From Oikopleura dioica (Eukaryota; Animalia; Chordata), in assembly GCA_907165135.1 (NCBI GenBank), contig OU015569.1:620001-684000 (forward strand): a DNA stretch of 64,000 nucleotides, written 5' to 3'. Of the stretch, positions 16,314-27,370 are shown piece by piece; position 1 is the first letter of the stretch, and the number at the start of each line of letters is the position of its first letter. The position numbers were made by a program, and so were the translations under genes. The notes under the pieces are model-generated. The model did not search any database. It had not been told where the DNA came from and saw only the letters and a list, made by a program, of their open reading frames with translations.

Positions 16314-16652
16314 AAAAGTATTGATTCAGTAAAAAGCAGTGGAGGTACATATTTTTTTATTTTTTCAATGTTCGCAGAGCATCAATTTTATATATTTATA
16401 AATATTCAATGAATAAAGCGGTTTATCTTATTATTTACGAAATGAAGTTTGATAAAATAGTGGTGAATGAAAATAGGGAAGTTAACTTTTTTCACAATCG
16501 AGCACCAGAAATGCAGTTTTACACAAATATCTACAGTAGTGATCGCTAGGTGGCGCAAATGCATTTTTGCACATTTGCTTTTGAAATAAGAATTAAATTA
16601 GGGCCGGAAGAGAACGAATGAAAATCGGTCCAGAATAAATAGAGCGCGGGCT

Positions 16653-18181
16653 TCAGCCGCTTTTGAATTTTGGACTGAACTGGTAGACCAGTCGGCTGCT
16701 CACTTGCGGCTTCTGGATGATGCCCTTCTTGTAGTACTGCCGGATCGAGCGCGAGAGCTTGTCGTAGTTCATGTTCGGGCGGTTTTTGCGCAGCCCCCAC
16801 AGCTTCGCCACTTCTTGGCTGTCTTCGATCTTGAAAATCCCTGCGCAGATCATGTTAGACGGAGATTTGAAGAGAGTGGCTTACCTTGCTCTCGGTCGAC
16901 CCATTTGATGCACTTCAAGTACTTTTGCTGGTTCAAAAGCTCGGCCAGAAACTGCCAGAGATGGATCGAGTTCTTGTGGTTGGGCGTCAGGGCCAGGCGA
17001 TCTTGCTCCGTAAATTTGCTGGCTAGAAGAAGGTGAGTGGATGGAAAATCTTTGGAAAGAGTGATGTTGGCCTTCGCAACTTGTAGAGGAAATCTGATTG
17101 AGGGCCTGAAAGAGCTGAAATGAAAAGCCGCGTAGCGGCTTTTTTTAAAAACGAAGCCGCAAAGCGGCTTCGCTACTATTACCATTTCAACCTATGAAAA
17201 ATGCTGGCGAAGCCGCTTCGCGGCTTCCTCTTTAAAAAAGCCGCTACGCGGCTTTTCATTTCAGCTCTTTCAGTCCCTGAATCAGGTTTTCTGCACAGGT
17301 TGCCGAGATTCTATTCCTAATTCTGGAGAAATAAAAGAAAGTTACCTTCTTCGCAAGAAATGGCCTTCTTTGGCACTTTGCGTGTTTTCTGTCGCTTGGC
17401 CTTCTTTTCGGGGTGATAGACTTGGAAAGAAAGGATGTTGAGGTCTGGCTGTTCGTTGAAGTGGCTTCGGCAGGAGAGCTGAGGAGACTGCTCAAAGCCT
17501 GAAATGAGATGGTCAGTAATCGATGAAGAGAAAGAGTGATGAATGTACCGTAGCCGTTGAAGACAGGATGCGAGTGGTGGTGGCTCGAGTAGCTGAACGA
17601 CGGCTGCTCCGGAACGTGCTGGTCGAGGCTGTACAGGTTGCTGTGCGGAGTAGAATACACGTTTTCGTACATATTCTCCCAGGACGCACTGATGGGCGGA
17701 TTTTGCCCGTTTCGCCAAAGCTGGGAAGAGGAAGAGCTGAACTCGGCGCCGGAAGAAGATGAATTGTAAAAGTCCAGACAGTAGTCGGAACTCGAGCCGA
17801 ATTCGACTTGCTGATTGTAGCCTGTGTCTGAGATCTGAAGAACTGTTTTTAAAATGGCAAAAAAGGGCAAGAAATTTAGAAAAAAATTTGATTAAAAAGA
17901 TGATTTAAAATTATAAAAAAAAGTGGGAATCAAGGAAGAAAGCGAGAAAAACTCACCGGTTCGAATTTGAAAGTTTGCTGCGTCTGGTGGGCCGCCATCA
18001 TGTCTTGCTCGCAGGGCGACCAGCTCATGTTTTCTCTGTCCGAGGCGGTGGAATCGTTACTCGAGGCTGAAAGAGTGTCAAAGGCGCTTCCGAGCGAAGA
18101 GTTCTCTTTTTTGAAGCTGTCGATTTGCGGCAGCGTCATTTCGGAAAAAGGGCTAGGTCTCTCAAAGTCGTGTGTGCCCAA
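16653..18181 (-). CDS. SPDEF: ETS transcription factor of the SPDEF/PDEF type, multi-exon
   Basis: [12 protein letters not shown]...WVDREQG|[62 protein letters not shown] and [14 protein letters not shown] are PDEF-subfamily features. Start position uncertain. Confidence 0.85.
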
Positions 18182-19345
18182 GAAAAAAACGCCCGCGCGA
18201 GTGAATCCAGAGCAAGAGCTAAGACTGTGATACAGTTGCCTAAATTACGCTGGAGTGCACTTCAAGTGCAATACAACGCGCACTTATAACACCAAAGTGA
18301 GCTAAAGGCTGTGCCCAACTATCACAATTATTCCCGATTCACACCTCACTCGAGCTACAACACCAAGCTAAACATTCGCATTGTTGCGCGGGTACTTGAA
18401 GCTGGAATTAGCTACAGGCGCGAGCGCCCATTTTTTAAGAGTTGAGTACTCCCTGCCAGTGGCAACCTGTGTAGAAAGAGTGATTGTGTTGCGAAGCCGC
18501 ATCGCGGCTTCGTTCTCAAAAAAGCCGCGACGGGGCTTTTCAATTTAGCTCTTCAGAGCCTGACTCAGGTTTTCTACACAGGTTCCCGAGCCCAGGGCTT
18601 TCAGGGTTTGGGTAAGAATCACAAACTTACGATTAAAAAGGCTGTCAATGTCGACTTGAAACGGATTATCCATGTTAGTAACTGGAATAATTCCTTTTTT
18701 CTCAAAAAATAATAATTTTGAAACAGCTCGATTTTGAATCGTTCTGATGAAAAATTCTGATCGCTGAATCGGAATCGAGAGAAAAGCGGGCAAAACGAGT
18801 GCGATAAGCGTTGACCGAGGAGTGGCTCTATCCGGGTGGTCCCGAGCTGCTTATATCGAAATTTCATTACTGTTCATCACGACTATACTCCCCTACTTTG
18901 GCCGTCTAAATGGGCCATTAGCGAGGTATTAATGAAGCGGATCGAAATCAATCCTACCATACGTTGACATGAGTGGAGAATCGACAATCGGCACTTGCGA
19001 AATTTGGGAAATGACTGCAATTTTCTTCCTTGACTTGAGTTTTGGATTATTTACGATAATTATGTGCCATTTTACTTATAAACGCTGCCTGGGGGCGCTA
19101 TTTCCTTCGTGGCGTAAATGCGAACGTAGCAGCCCTCTCGTGACAAACTGATTTCGAATCATGTGTAGAATCGAGGTAATGACCCGTTTCTAGACCCTTC
19201 TACTCCTATATACAGACAGTTTTCCGACGTACAGACGTTTTTTTCGAGTGGAAACGAGAAAACTATAGCACGTCTTTCGTACTTTCATTTCCAGCTTTAA
19301 TTTTGGCTAAGTTACTGATACATTACTGATACCAATGATACTTAA

Positions 19346-19413
19346 GGGTGTCAACATCGATAAGAGACATTCGACTCATAAGAGATACCCTTACTCAATC
19401 GATGTTGACACCC
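19346..19413. mobile_element. 68-bp mini-element with 16-bp perfect TIR and TTAA TSD (Kolobok-like ends)
   Basis: TTAA|GGGTGTCAACATCGAT...ATCGATGTTGACACCC|TTAA; further TTAA|GGGT-type ends at ~19470-19630. Confidence 0.75.
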
Positions 19414-20539
19414 TTAAAACCATTCTTTTTTCCAAATTCAACGGGAACTCTATACGATAAAAGGCCTGGTACACCCTTAATTTCTTGCCCCTTACTGCTT
19501 ACTCTACTCAAGTTAAGGGTCTACGCTATCTTGTTTTGGATTTTGAAATATTTAAGGGTATAGCTGTAGCTTGGACAAGAAAAGCTTCATTTATGCGATT
19601 TTCGTATAATACTTTGGGCTTCTTTTAAGGGTATCAACTCTGATATTATTACCCATACAGTATGGGAAATAATACAGTATGGGAAATAATAGAGGCAAAT
19701 TCATTACAAAATAAATTCTAATCCAAGTATTCCTATTTTCTATCGATTGAAATAGCGGTAAACGCCGGGGCAATCCACATCATCTCCGGATTTCCGGAGT
19801 GAACTAAATCGGATCAAGCGAGCTAAAATACCGATTTCCGGGTTCAGAACCAGCGCTTCTTTTTGAATTAAAAATAAGCTTACTTCTGGTTAGTTGTACA
19901 GTGTAGAATCTACAGTAGCAACCGCCAGTTTTACGAACGGGAATTCAATTGTGATGCAGGATTACGTATTCGTGTCAATTACATTTTCCACCTTCTCAAC
20001 GGGAGAGGCCCTCCTTAATCAGCATAATGAATTCTCAATTTACGCGGTTTATCGATTTGTGCGTTTTCTCCTTGCGACGAACAGACCCGCCGAAATTCTC
20101 AACCGTCAGATGCGCCCCAGTCCGTAGACTGTTCTTCCTGCACGTCAATGTTGAGGTCCCATGATCGGACAAATGTCAAAGCTGACATTTCCGATTCTCG
20201 AGCGAGCAAGTCTGCGAATGTCTGAATTAACATTCCGCGACTGGGAGACCGTCCCTCCCTGTTGCTCGGAGGGTTGCCATCACCTGATTCAGGTCACGAG
20301 AGGTAGTTTCCAGCCAAACAAATGGCCACTACAGATGGTAGTTTGACGTACTGGAAAAAAATGGGAGGAGATTAAACTGCAGATCTGCCACCAAGGATAC
20401 TTGCTCATCAATTGCTCATCAATGTTGAGAGGAAAAAGGAAATTCTAGGGAAGACTCTGAAAATCCGATCTCTTGGATTTTGACTGTAAAAATGAAAGAA
20501 CTATGTTTCTAGCAAAATCTTGTATGGTAGTAGGGGGTT

Positions 20540-20670
20540 ATTATTCGAGCTGCCCCTAACCCCAAACCTAACCCACGTGACTAGCCCCCGGGACCCCCAG
20601 CTGAGGCCTAAACCAGGGGCTTCGCCCCCGGACCCCCTTTAAGAGTTCCCAATCCCTAACTCTAACCAGA
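20540..20670. repeat. Telomere-like CCCTAA tract with GC hairpin (ggggcttcgcccc); possible Helitron/Helentron remnant
   Basis: cccctaaccccaaacctaaccc ... ggggcttcgcccccggacccc ... ccctaactctaacc. Confidence 0.4.
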
Positions 20671-20800
20671 AGCCCAGATTCTAGAGATATTCGAGGTCTC
20701 AAATCATAGGCTCGAATGATAGCCCCTCTTTACGTCTTCTATAATTCTCGATATTAGGCTAGGCAGCTTGTCAGAAAGTAGATCCGGGCGCGGATTTGAA

Positions 20801-21710
20801 ATGGATCCTCTTGCGCAGATTCTTTCGCTCACTTTGCTTCTTCTCGTTCACTTTTCAAGATGAAGGTGTTTTCTTTAAATGTTTTTGCGTCACTTGCCCT
20901 GGCCAGAGATCGCATGTATCCTCTGCATGTGGAACATTCATTCAGGATGGACTCGAAGGAGATGTCCTTGCCTTTAGGGAAGAGGTTTTTTTTCATCACT
21001 CCCGAAAACGGAAAGTTAACCATAGCAGCTGCTATAGGTGAGTCGGTCTTGATGACGAGTTCCACAGGTTGGACTTTATGTAACAAAAAAGAGAGAAGCT
21101 TCGCGAAGTTGGTAGATTTTGGTAGATACCATTTGGTATTGAGGATGATTTTACTAAAAAACGGAACCTTTCAAAAGAAGAAACTTTGAAGCTGGACGGC
21201 TTCTACTATAACCATCTCAAACTCGGCTACAATGGCTTCATCGGCGGCTCGAACTCGCAGCGAGACTTCCGGATAATCCCAATTCTTTTGATGAATTACG
21301 ATATGTCCCTGAGAGGCGGAACAGTGCGCTATACTGCGAAAGAGAGAGGGAAGTTTCGGGAGGAATTAATCACCATCTCTCGAGAAATGTTCAAGGTACG
21401 GAAACTGAGCAGTCACGAGGAGAGTGATTTCCTAGATTTCGTGGAATCAGCCCAAATGTATTCTGATGACCTGGGACGAAATGATGCCAGTGGACGGGCA
21501 TCAATGTAACACGCGTCATTCTGGCAAGAATCAGTTTCAAGGTGAGCGAAAATGGCCTCGTGACCAAATCTTCCACTCTCTTTCAGCTGCCCTTTTGTGG
21601 GAGGGAGACAGTACTGTCCTCTTCACCAACTACGAGGATATTCAGATGCCCTTGGACTGCGTTTCCAAAAGATATGCCATGGTAAGAGTCGGAAAAATAT
21701 GTCATTAGTA
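20801..21710 (+). CDS. NIDO-domain extracellular protein, multi-exon, possibly 3'-truncated
   Basis: Signal-like MDPLAQILSLTLLLLVHFS; PFGIEDD, YNHLKLGYNGFIG, IIPILLMNYDMSLRGGTVRY, CILMTWDEM, NQFQ|AALLWEGDSTVLFTNYEDIQ follow the NIDO motif order (vNtNG, iAPfwaD, TW, tFQavL..tsfvifnY.diqw). Confidence 0.6.
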
Positions 21711-21743
21711 TTTATTTAATATAACTTGTGTCTGGGTAGATGT

Positions 21744-24392
21744 TCAACACGGGTTCTTGTCTAGCAAAGAGTCGTCTTCGAAACCACCTAGAAAAGCAGT
21801 CAGTGTCTGGCTTATGTGAATTTGTCTGAAGTTACCTCTCCGTGGCAGCATTTCTCCTCGGCGAGGACGAAGTCTCGTGCCTTTCCATTCGAATTATGGC
21901 AGCATCCACGAACAGTAGACGCGATGGGCTTGTTTCCACAGCAAATGTCCGGCTTATGAGAGGAGCATTAGACTGACTTACAGAAAAAGAGGCTTAGGCT
22001 TACCTTAACCCACAGCGGATTTGGCTGGGATGGAACAGTGCCTTTCCCCAGGCAAGAAATTGATACTTCGGATTCCGAAAGCTCAGCACTACTTTGCTCC
22101 TTAAAAATAGCTAATATAGGCGCTTTCCGTTAATTGAATAGTCCCACCGAAAAGTCAGGGATGCTGCCAGAGAGAGTGCTTTCCGTGACGCTGGGATCGT
22201 GCATTTTCTGAATGACGGTTACAACAGTTTCTTGGATTTGCTCGTTCGTAGTGTCTCCGTTTTCGAAACCAAGGGTGTAGGAAATGGTGGCTACGTCGGA
22301 GGGATACGCTCCAGCAGCTTCGGCTTCAGCGATGAGGTACTCTTCTATGTCTTCAAAAGACTGGAAAGATTCGCCAGCCGCGGAGAGAGCAGTTGAAATC
22401 GCGCTAAAATTGGCAACAGCTCGTCTTTTTCGAACAGGGAGACGACCCTTGGGCGTGGCGATCAGGGAGCTTCAGATTCAACTTCTCCGGATGCCACGGA
22501 AACACTTGTGGCGATGTTGACGTCTGTCACGTGGACAGAGACCTTAACAATCTGTTGACGCGTTCATTCACTCTTTTCATACTTATTCTGCTGGATTTAA
22601 GTATAAAATGGCAGCTTATGGAAAAAAAGTATAAGATGTCATGTCCTGTCAAAGATTTCCATCGTGCAATTTTTACCCCAGGCACATTTTATATAATATT
22701 ATGTTTTATATCTAATCCGGCTTTTACGTACGTCAATGGACAACTCCTTCGCAACAAGATCCTCAATCATAACTTCCAAAAGCAACTCCCAAATCGTCGC
22801 TGCTCGCGCGGAGAGAGTACTCGGATCAATCGAGAATAAGAAGGCCAATGGGTCACTAAAAGAGGTAGTCATGCGCTAGGCTGACAGTTGGGCGAATATC
22901 AGAAGCGTCGGCCCGCACATCGGAAGAGAGACATTCATTTTTCCATTACGTGTTTCCTGTCTATTTCGAAGGCATGCTGTGGTGATATTTTCTGCTCCCC
23001 ACTCACCTTGAATCCACAGCTAGCTGTTGATCAGTCAGCGTTATCTGAACTTTAGCCGAGTTGTCGTTGCAGCTATACTCGCTGCTAGTCGATGGGTTGA
23101 TCGGAACCGTCCAGATCGATTCGTAAAAGTCAGGGTCGTAGGCGCAACTGACAGAAAAGTCTGTATTTCCAGCAGCGTCCGTAGTAAATCCTGAAAGAAA
23201 AGAGGGCAAAAATGGGTCGATCGGAAGCAAAAAATACCTTCGAGACAAGAAGCGACTGCATCAAAAGAGTGAAGAGAGGGACTGATGGATTTGTAGACAA
23301 GAGTTGTTTCGTACTGGGTCGAGCCAACTTCCAGCTCGCCGCATTCCGTGAAGCTCCGAGAGTCCGTGCACTCGAGATAGTTGCTCGCGTCCCAGATCAT
23401 CGAAGAGCCATATGGAACGTCCTTCTCTCCGAGCACAGTCTTGAAGCAGCCATTCGAATGGCTGCAAGGTGGCACAATATTAATTCACCTTAATAGGAAA
23501 GGCTTACCCTTCGTGCGCCAAAATTCCCACAAAAGGAGTTTGGCCAGCATCATCTTCTGTCCAAGAAGGAGGACCGTTGTGGTAGGAGAATACGCTGAAA
23601 GTTTGGACGTTGTTCGAGACCAAGGCAACTTAGATATTGGTCAAAGACAGATACTTAGATAACGTCTAGACTACTGGCAGTAATGCTATTTTGATGTCAT
23701 GATCAAGTCCTTGGAAGGTCTTTTTAGCGCCATCAGGGCCAACTACGTCAACCCATGTCGCGGAGAATGCGTTTTCCAGCGAGAAGCTTTCCCACTCTGT
23801 CTGACAAAGGATTAGTTGCTTGTCAACTCGGCTAGGAGCAAATAAATGGAAACGAACCTGTGTTCTGATCGTTGCTTCAACGCCTGCTCGGAAAAAGCCA
23901 TCCACGAACGTGGAATAGTGCACACTCGGCGCCCCAGATGTCTGGAAATCGCCCATGAACGGTGCCATAACTATCTTGTGACCATAATCGCTTTGCAACG
24001 TCTGAGAGGTGGAGTTTAGCCCAGTACTAGGGCCGTCGAAAGAAATGGAACCGTCGAAGTTGACAAAAGCAGAGTCGAATTCACGATTTCCAAAAAGCTT
24101 TCGAGGGAATGATTAATCATAAATTACTCCTCGCATATGGGATTTGACGTAGAGCCAGTCATAGAATAAGCTTTAGGCAGAAAGGTAAGGTTATGGAAAA
24201 TGGAGGTTCTGATTCCGAGCTTGAAAGGCGACGCGAAGAAAATCTGCTGCCCATTTTGCTAAAATACGGTTACTCTCTCTTGAAACTCTCTCTCTTTTCG
24301 AATCTTACTGTTATGGTCGGCTGAAAAGGGTAGTCTCCGACAAGGATTGCTCCTCGCGTTACAGCTGATAACAGACTGACCAAAAGCTTCAT
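21744..24392 (-). CDS. Secreted modular protein: signal peptide, NIDO, CCP/sushi-like module, RKRR furin site, Cys-Cys (galaxin-like) tail; one unresolved frame break
   Basis: MKLLVSLLSAVTRGA; FDSAFVNFDGSISF, MAPFMGDFQTSG, FSATWVDV, KTFQ|VALVSNNVQTFSVFSY (NIDO); ASCLEGFTTDAAGNTDFSVSCAY; PVRKRRAV; ICCGNKPIASTVRGCCH...EKCCHGE. Frame break near 22460-22480. Confidence 0.65.
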
Positions 24393-25820
24393 TTTCAGAT
24401 TCGAAAGGAGATTGATAAGCTCCAAGAGTTTGGGTTCATTTAAGTACTCAATCGTAAAGAAAGGCCTTCTCATCGGGCGAATAATGATTGCAATTAAACC
24501 TGTTTAGGTGGAAATAAACGTCGACACTCGTCTCAAGTCAGCCTATCATCACCCGTTTTCGAGGACGAAGAAGGTATCGCAGGAAAGTGGTTAAAAAACA
24601 TTCGTGCTTGCATTGAAAAAAATGACTGTAATAACCAATGAAAGCTCAAAAGCGCAAGTAACTTTGGAAAGAAAGGACACTTTGCCTACAAAATCGACGG
24701 AGAAACAGTCGTCCATCCCTTCGACTGGAAGAAGGGGATCAAATACGAAGAAGCGAGTCTTTTGTGAAACTGCCATTTAATCCTTCCAAACACAAAGCAT
24801 AGTCGAACACGTGATCTCCCGAAACTTCTTTTCAATAAATTCAAATGTACAAACTCCTAAAAAATGACTTCAAGAGACAAAATTAAGAGACAGAAGAGTC
24901 TAAATCGAGTTCGTTTTCAAACGCAGGAAACGCACTTTTCCTCCTGGCCGAGGCGCAAGAAAACCGCAATCAACAAAAACGAGGAGATCAAAAAGAAACT
25001 GCACAATGAGTCGGCTCCAACGGATTATGTAATCGGTAAATTCGAGAGTTCGGAGTGTCTAGGAGCCGAGCAAAAGTGATTAATGACCTTGGCTGCTTGA
25101 CTTTCATTGATAGGCGCGGGAATCGGAAACTTTAATGAATGCTCCGCTGCTAGAAAGATTATACTATCACTTTGAGCTAATTGCGGCTAATTATTTTCAA
25201 AATTGAAGGCCGGAATTGAAGCTAGCGATTCCTGTCCGACAGCGTTCTTGATCTCATGCTGGCCTGCACGCTGACCGTGAGCAATTTCGAAGTAGATCTA
25301 GTAACCCTTATTTTTGCCATTCAGAGGCATCAAATTCTGCAAATCTTGCCTTCTTCTCATCGAAACGCGCTGAAGATTTATCTCCATGCTCAAACAGGGG
25401 CGGCGAAAGAAAGGGACAAAAAGGAAGGAACGGTTTTCTGAAACAACTACTTTTCTTCCTCGACTAAATTTTCAACTCTTGAGAAACCTGGAAACAGTCT
25501 TCGGAAGAAAATCAGCATTCAAGGAAAAAGTGTATTATGTATAAAATAAACGATTTCTTTGACGCATCTTGACTCTCTTGATTAATTCTGGCTTCGAAAG
25601 GTCAACCAGTTTCTTGTAGCAAAAGACGCTAGCTAGGAGAATCAGTGTTTTTCGGAGTATTTTGAGTTGAAGTCGACCGAGTGTTCGGTTTCTTCACAAG
25701 ACTATCAACGAAAAATGACGCAAAGTTGCGCCGGGTATAATATATAAACAAGGACGGTGCCACTGGAGCGAATGTGAAAGCCGAACTCGCCGATTGAGCA
25801 TTTACTAGCATCAGAGCAGA

Positions 25821-26036
25821 ATGAGATTTCTTTTCAACCTTTCGATTTTGCTTTTTTCCTCGAGCAGAGCCGCCCTGGCTCTCTTCCGGGAGCTGGAACA
25901 AATGGTACCTCGCCACCAAAACGGAGTAGCTAGCTTGTACACGCCGCGCTACGCCAGAAGCCGCAGAAAACCAAACTCGCCAAAGATCCTCGACTACTAT
26001 ATCTACCTGTCGAACACGAGACAGCGAGGACAATAA
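25821..26036 (+). CDS. Small secreted prepropeptide candidate (71 aa)
   Basis: Hydrophobic N-terminus MRFLFNLSILLFSSSRA, tetrabasic RSRR site, then KPNSPKILDYYIYLSNTRQRGQ*. Confidence 0.35.
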   Translation: MRFLFNLSILLFSSSRAALALFRELEQMVPRHQNGVASLYTPRYARSRRKPNSPKILDYYIYLSNTRQRGQ

Positions 26037-26369
26037 ATTCAACTTCTAGGCTACAAGTTCTAGCTCTGTTTTTTTTTGCACTGGCAGAGCTTTTCTGGCC
26101 GCGCAAAAAGATGATTCTGGTTTTATTCACATTTTACAAATAAACTTTTATTTGAAACAAACTTTGAAAAAAAATGAGGTTGATTTTGGCAATTGTTGTT
26201 CATGTAAGAAAATGGAAGAGTAGAAAAATATTTTCATCGTAAAAAATAAAATGCGACTTTGAACAGTTTCAGCTGCCGCGGAAAAGGCTCAGCTGCGTGT
26301 TTTGGGTTTTTCTGTACAGCATGTGACATCTTTGGCGAAGTCGGAACGAATGACGGACGACTTGGATCA

Positions 26370-26991
26370 TCATTGCGCTAGCGTGAGGTTCCAGAGCCTC
26401 TCGGAGTAGAACACTGGGTCGCGGATTCTTAGCGATGCCCGCAGCAGCGAGTAGTAGTAAAAAGGAGCGAACCAGCGCTGGAGAACGAAAAACACCTGCG
26501 AAAAGGTCTCAATCTGTTATTTTTAATAGTTCGTACCATGAAGCCATTTTTGCCCCAAATACTGATCCAGTCGGCGACATCTTCAGCGGTTAAATCTAGC
26601 CGAACGTTGACAGAAATGATGATGACGACGACAGAGATGGCGGCGTAAATGGAGAGACTTATGAAATAAGAGCGGAACTTGCGACACAGACGCCAAAGTT
26701 GCCCCGTCTGAGAAGAATGTTTCAATTGCGTCATGAGTTTACGCGAACTTGCCTGAACTGGATATGTGTAAAACACGGAGAGGAAGAAAATCAGGAGGGA
26801 GAGGGCTAGGAGAATCAGCTGAAAGACCAAAACCACGAGTTGGACGTAGCCTAGAAGTAGATCGATATGGAAAGCCTTAGGAAATGAAATGAACCTGTGC
26901 GCGCCAAGGAGTCGATAGCTACATTAGCCACTAAGTCGTATAAAATAAACGTCACTTGCAGAAATATCATCACTCGATTACTCCCACTCAT
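26370..26991 (-). CDS. TMEM138: Ciliary transmembrane protein TMEM138, multi-exon
   Basis: FLQVTFILYDLVAN, FLSVFYTYPVQ|TGQLWRLCRKF, VFFVLQRWFAPFYYYSLLRASLRIRDPVFY align with human [60 protein letters not shown]. Confidence 0.85.
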
Positions 26992-27370
26992 TTTCCTTCT
27001 CTGCTCTAAAAATAGAATTTTCAGAAAACAAGAGTAACTAACAATCAATTGGATTAATGGGCAGAAAACAGCTGTGCACGGCATCTTCTGTGTCTTCAAG
27101 GATGATTTAAGCGATATATGATCGTGCGTTTTTAGTTTTTAAGGAATTACGGAAATACGGAGAAATGAAAGGGAACTCTTTTTCAGTCGTTTTTTTCAAT
27201 GAGGGGTAGAAGAAAAGAAGAGAAATTGGGCGTATTTACAAATGATTAGCTTTTTTTATATGGTTTGTAATTGAGCTGGAGATTCTACGAGCTGGGTCTT
27301 CATCTTTTTTGGATTTCTCAAAAGATCGAATTGATGATTTCACGAATTTCAGGCACATCGAAAGCCGAGA

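Noticed and set aside
21744-24392. ZP-domain interpretation of the secreted protein (FSVSCAY plus RKRR site)
   Set aside because: Fuller translation shows NIDO motifs and a CCP-like Cys pattern, not the ZP-N/ZP-C Cys spacing.
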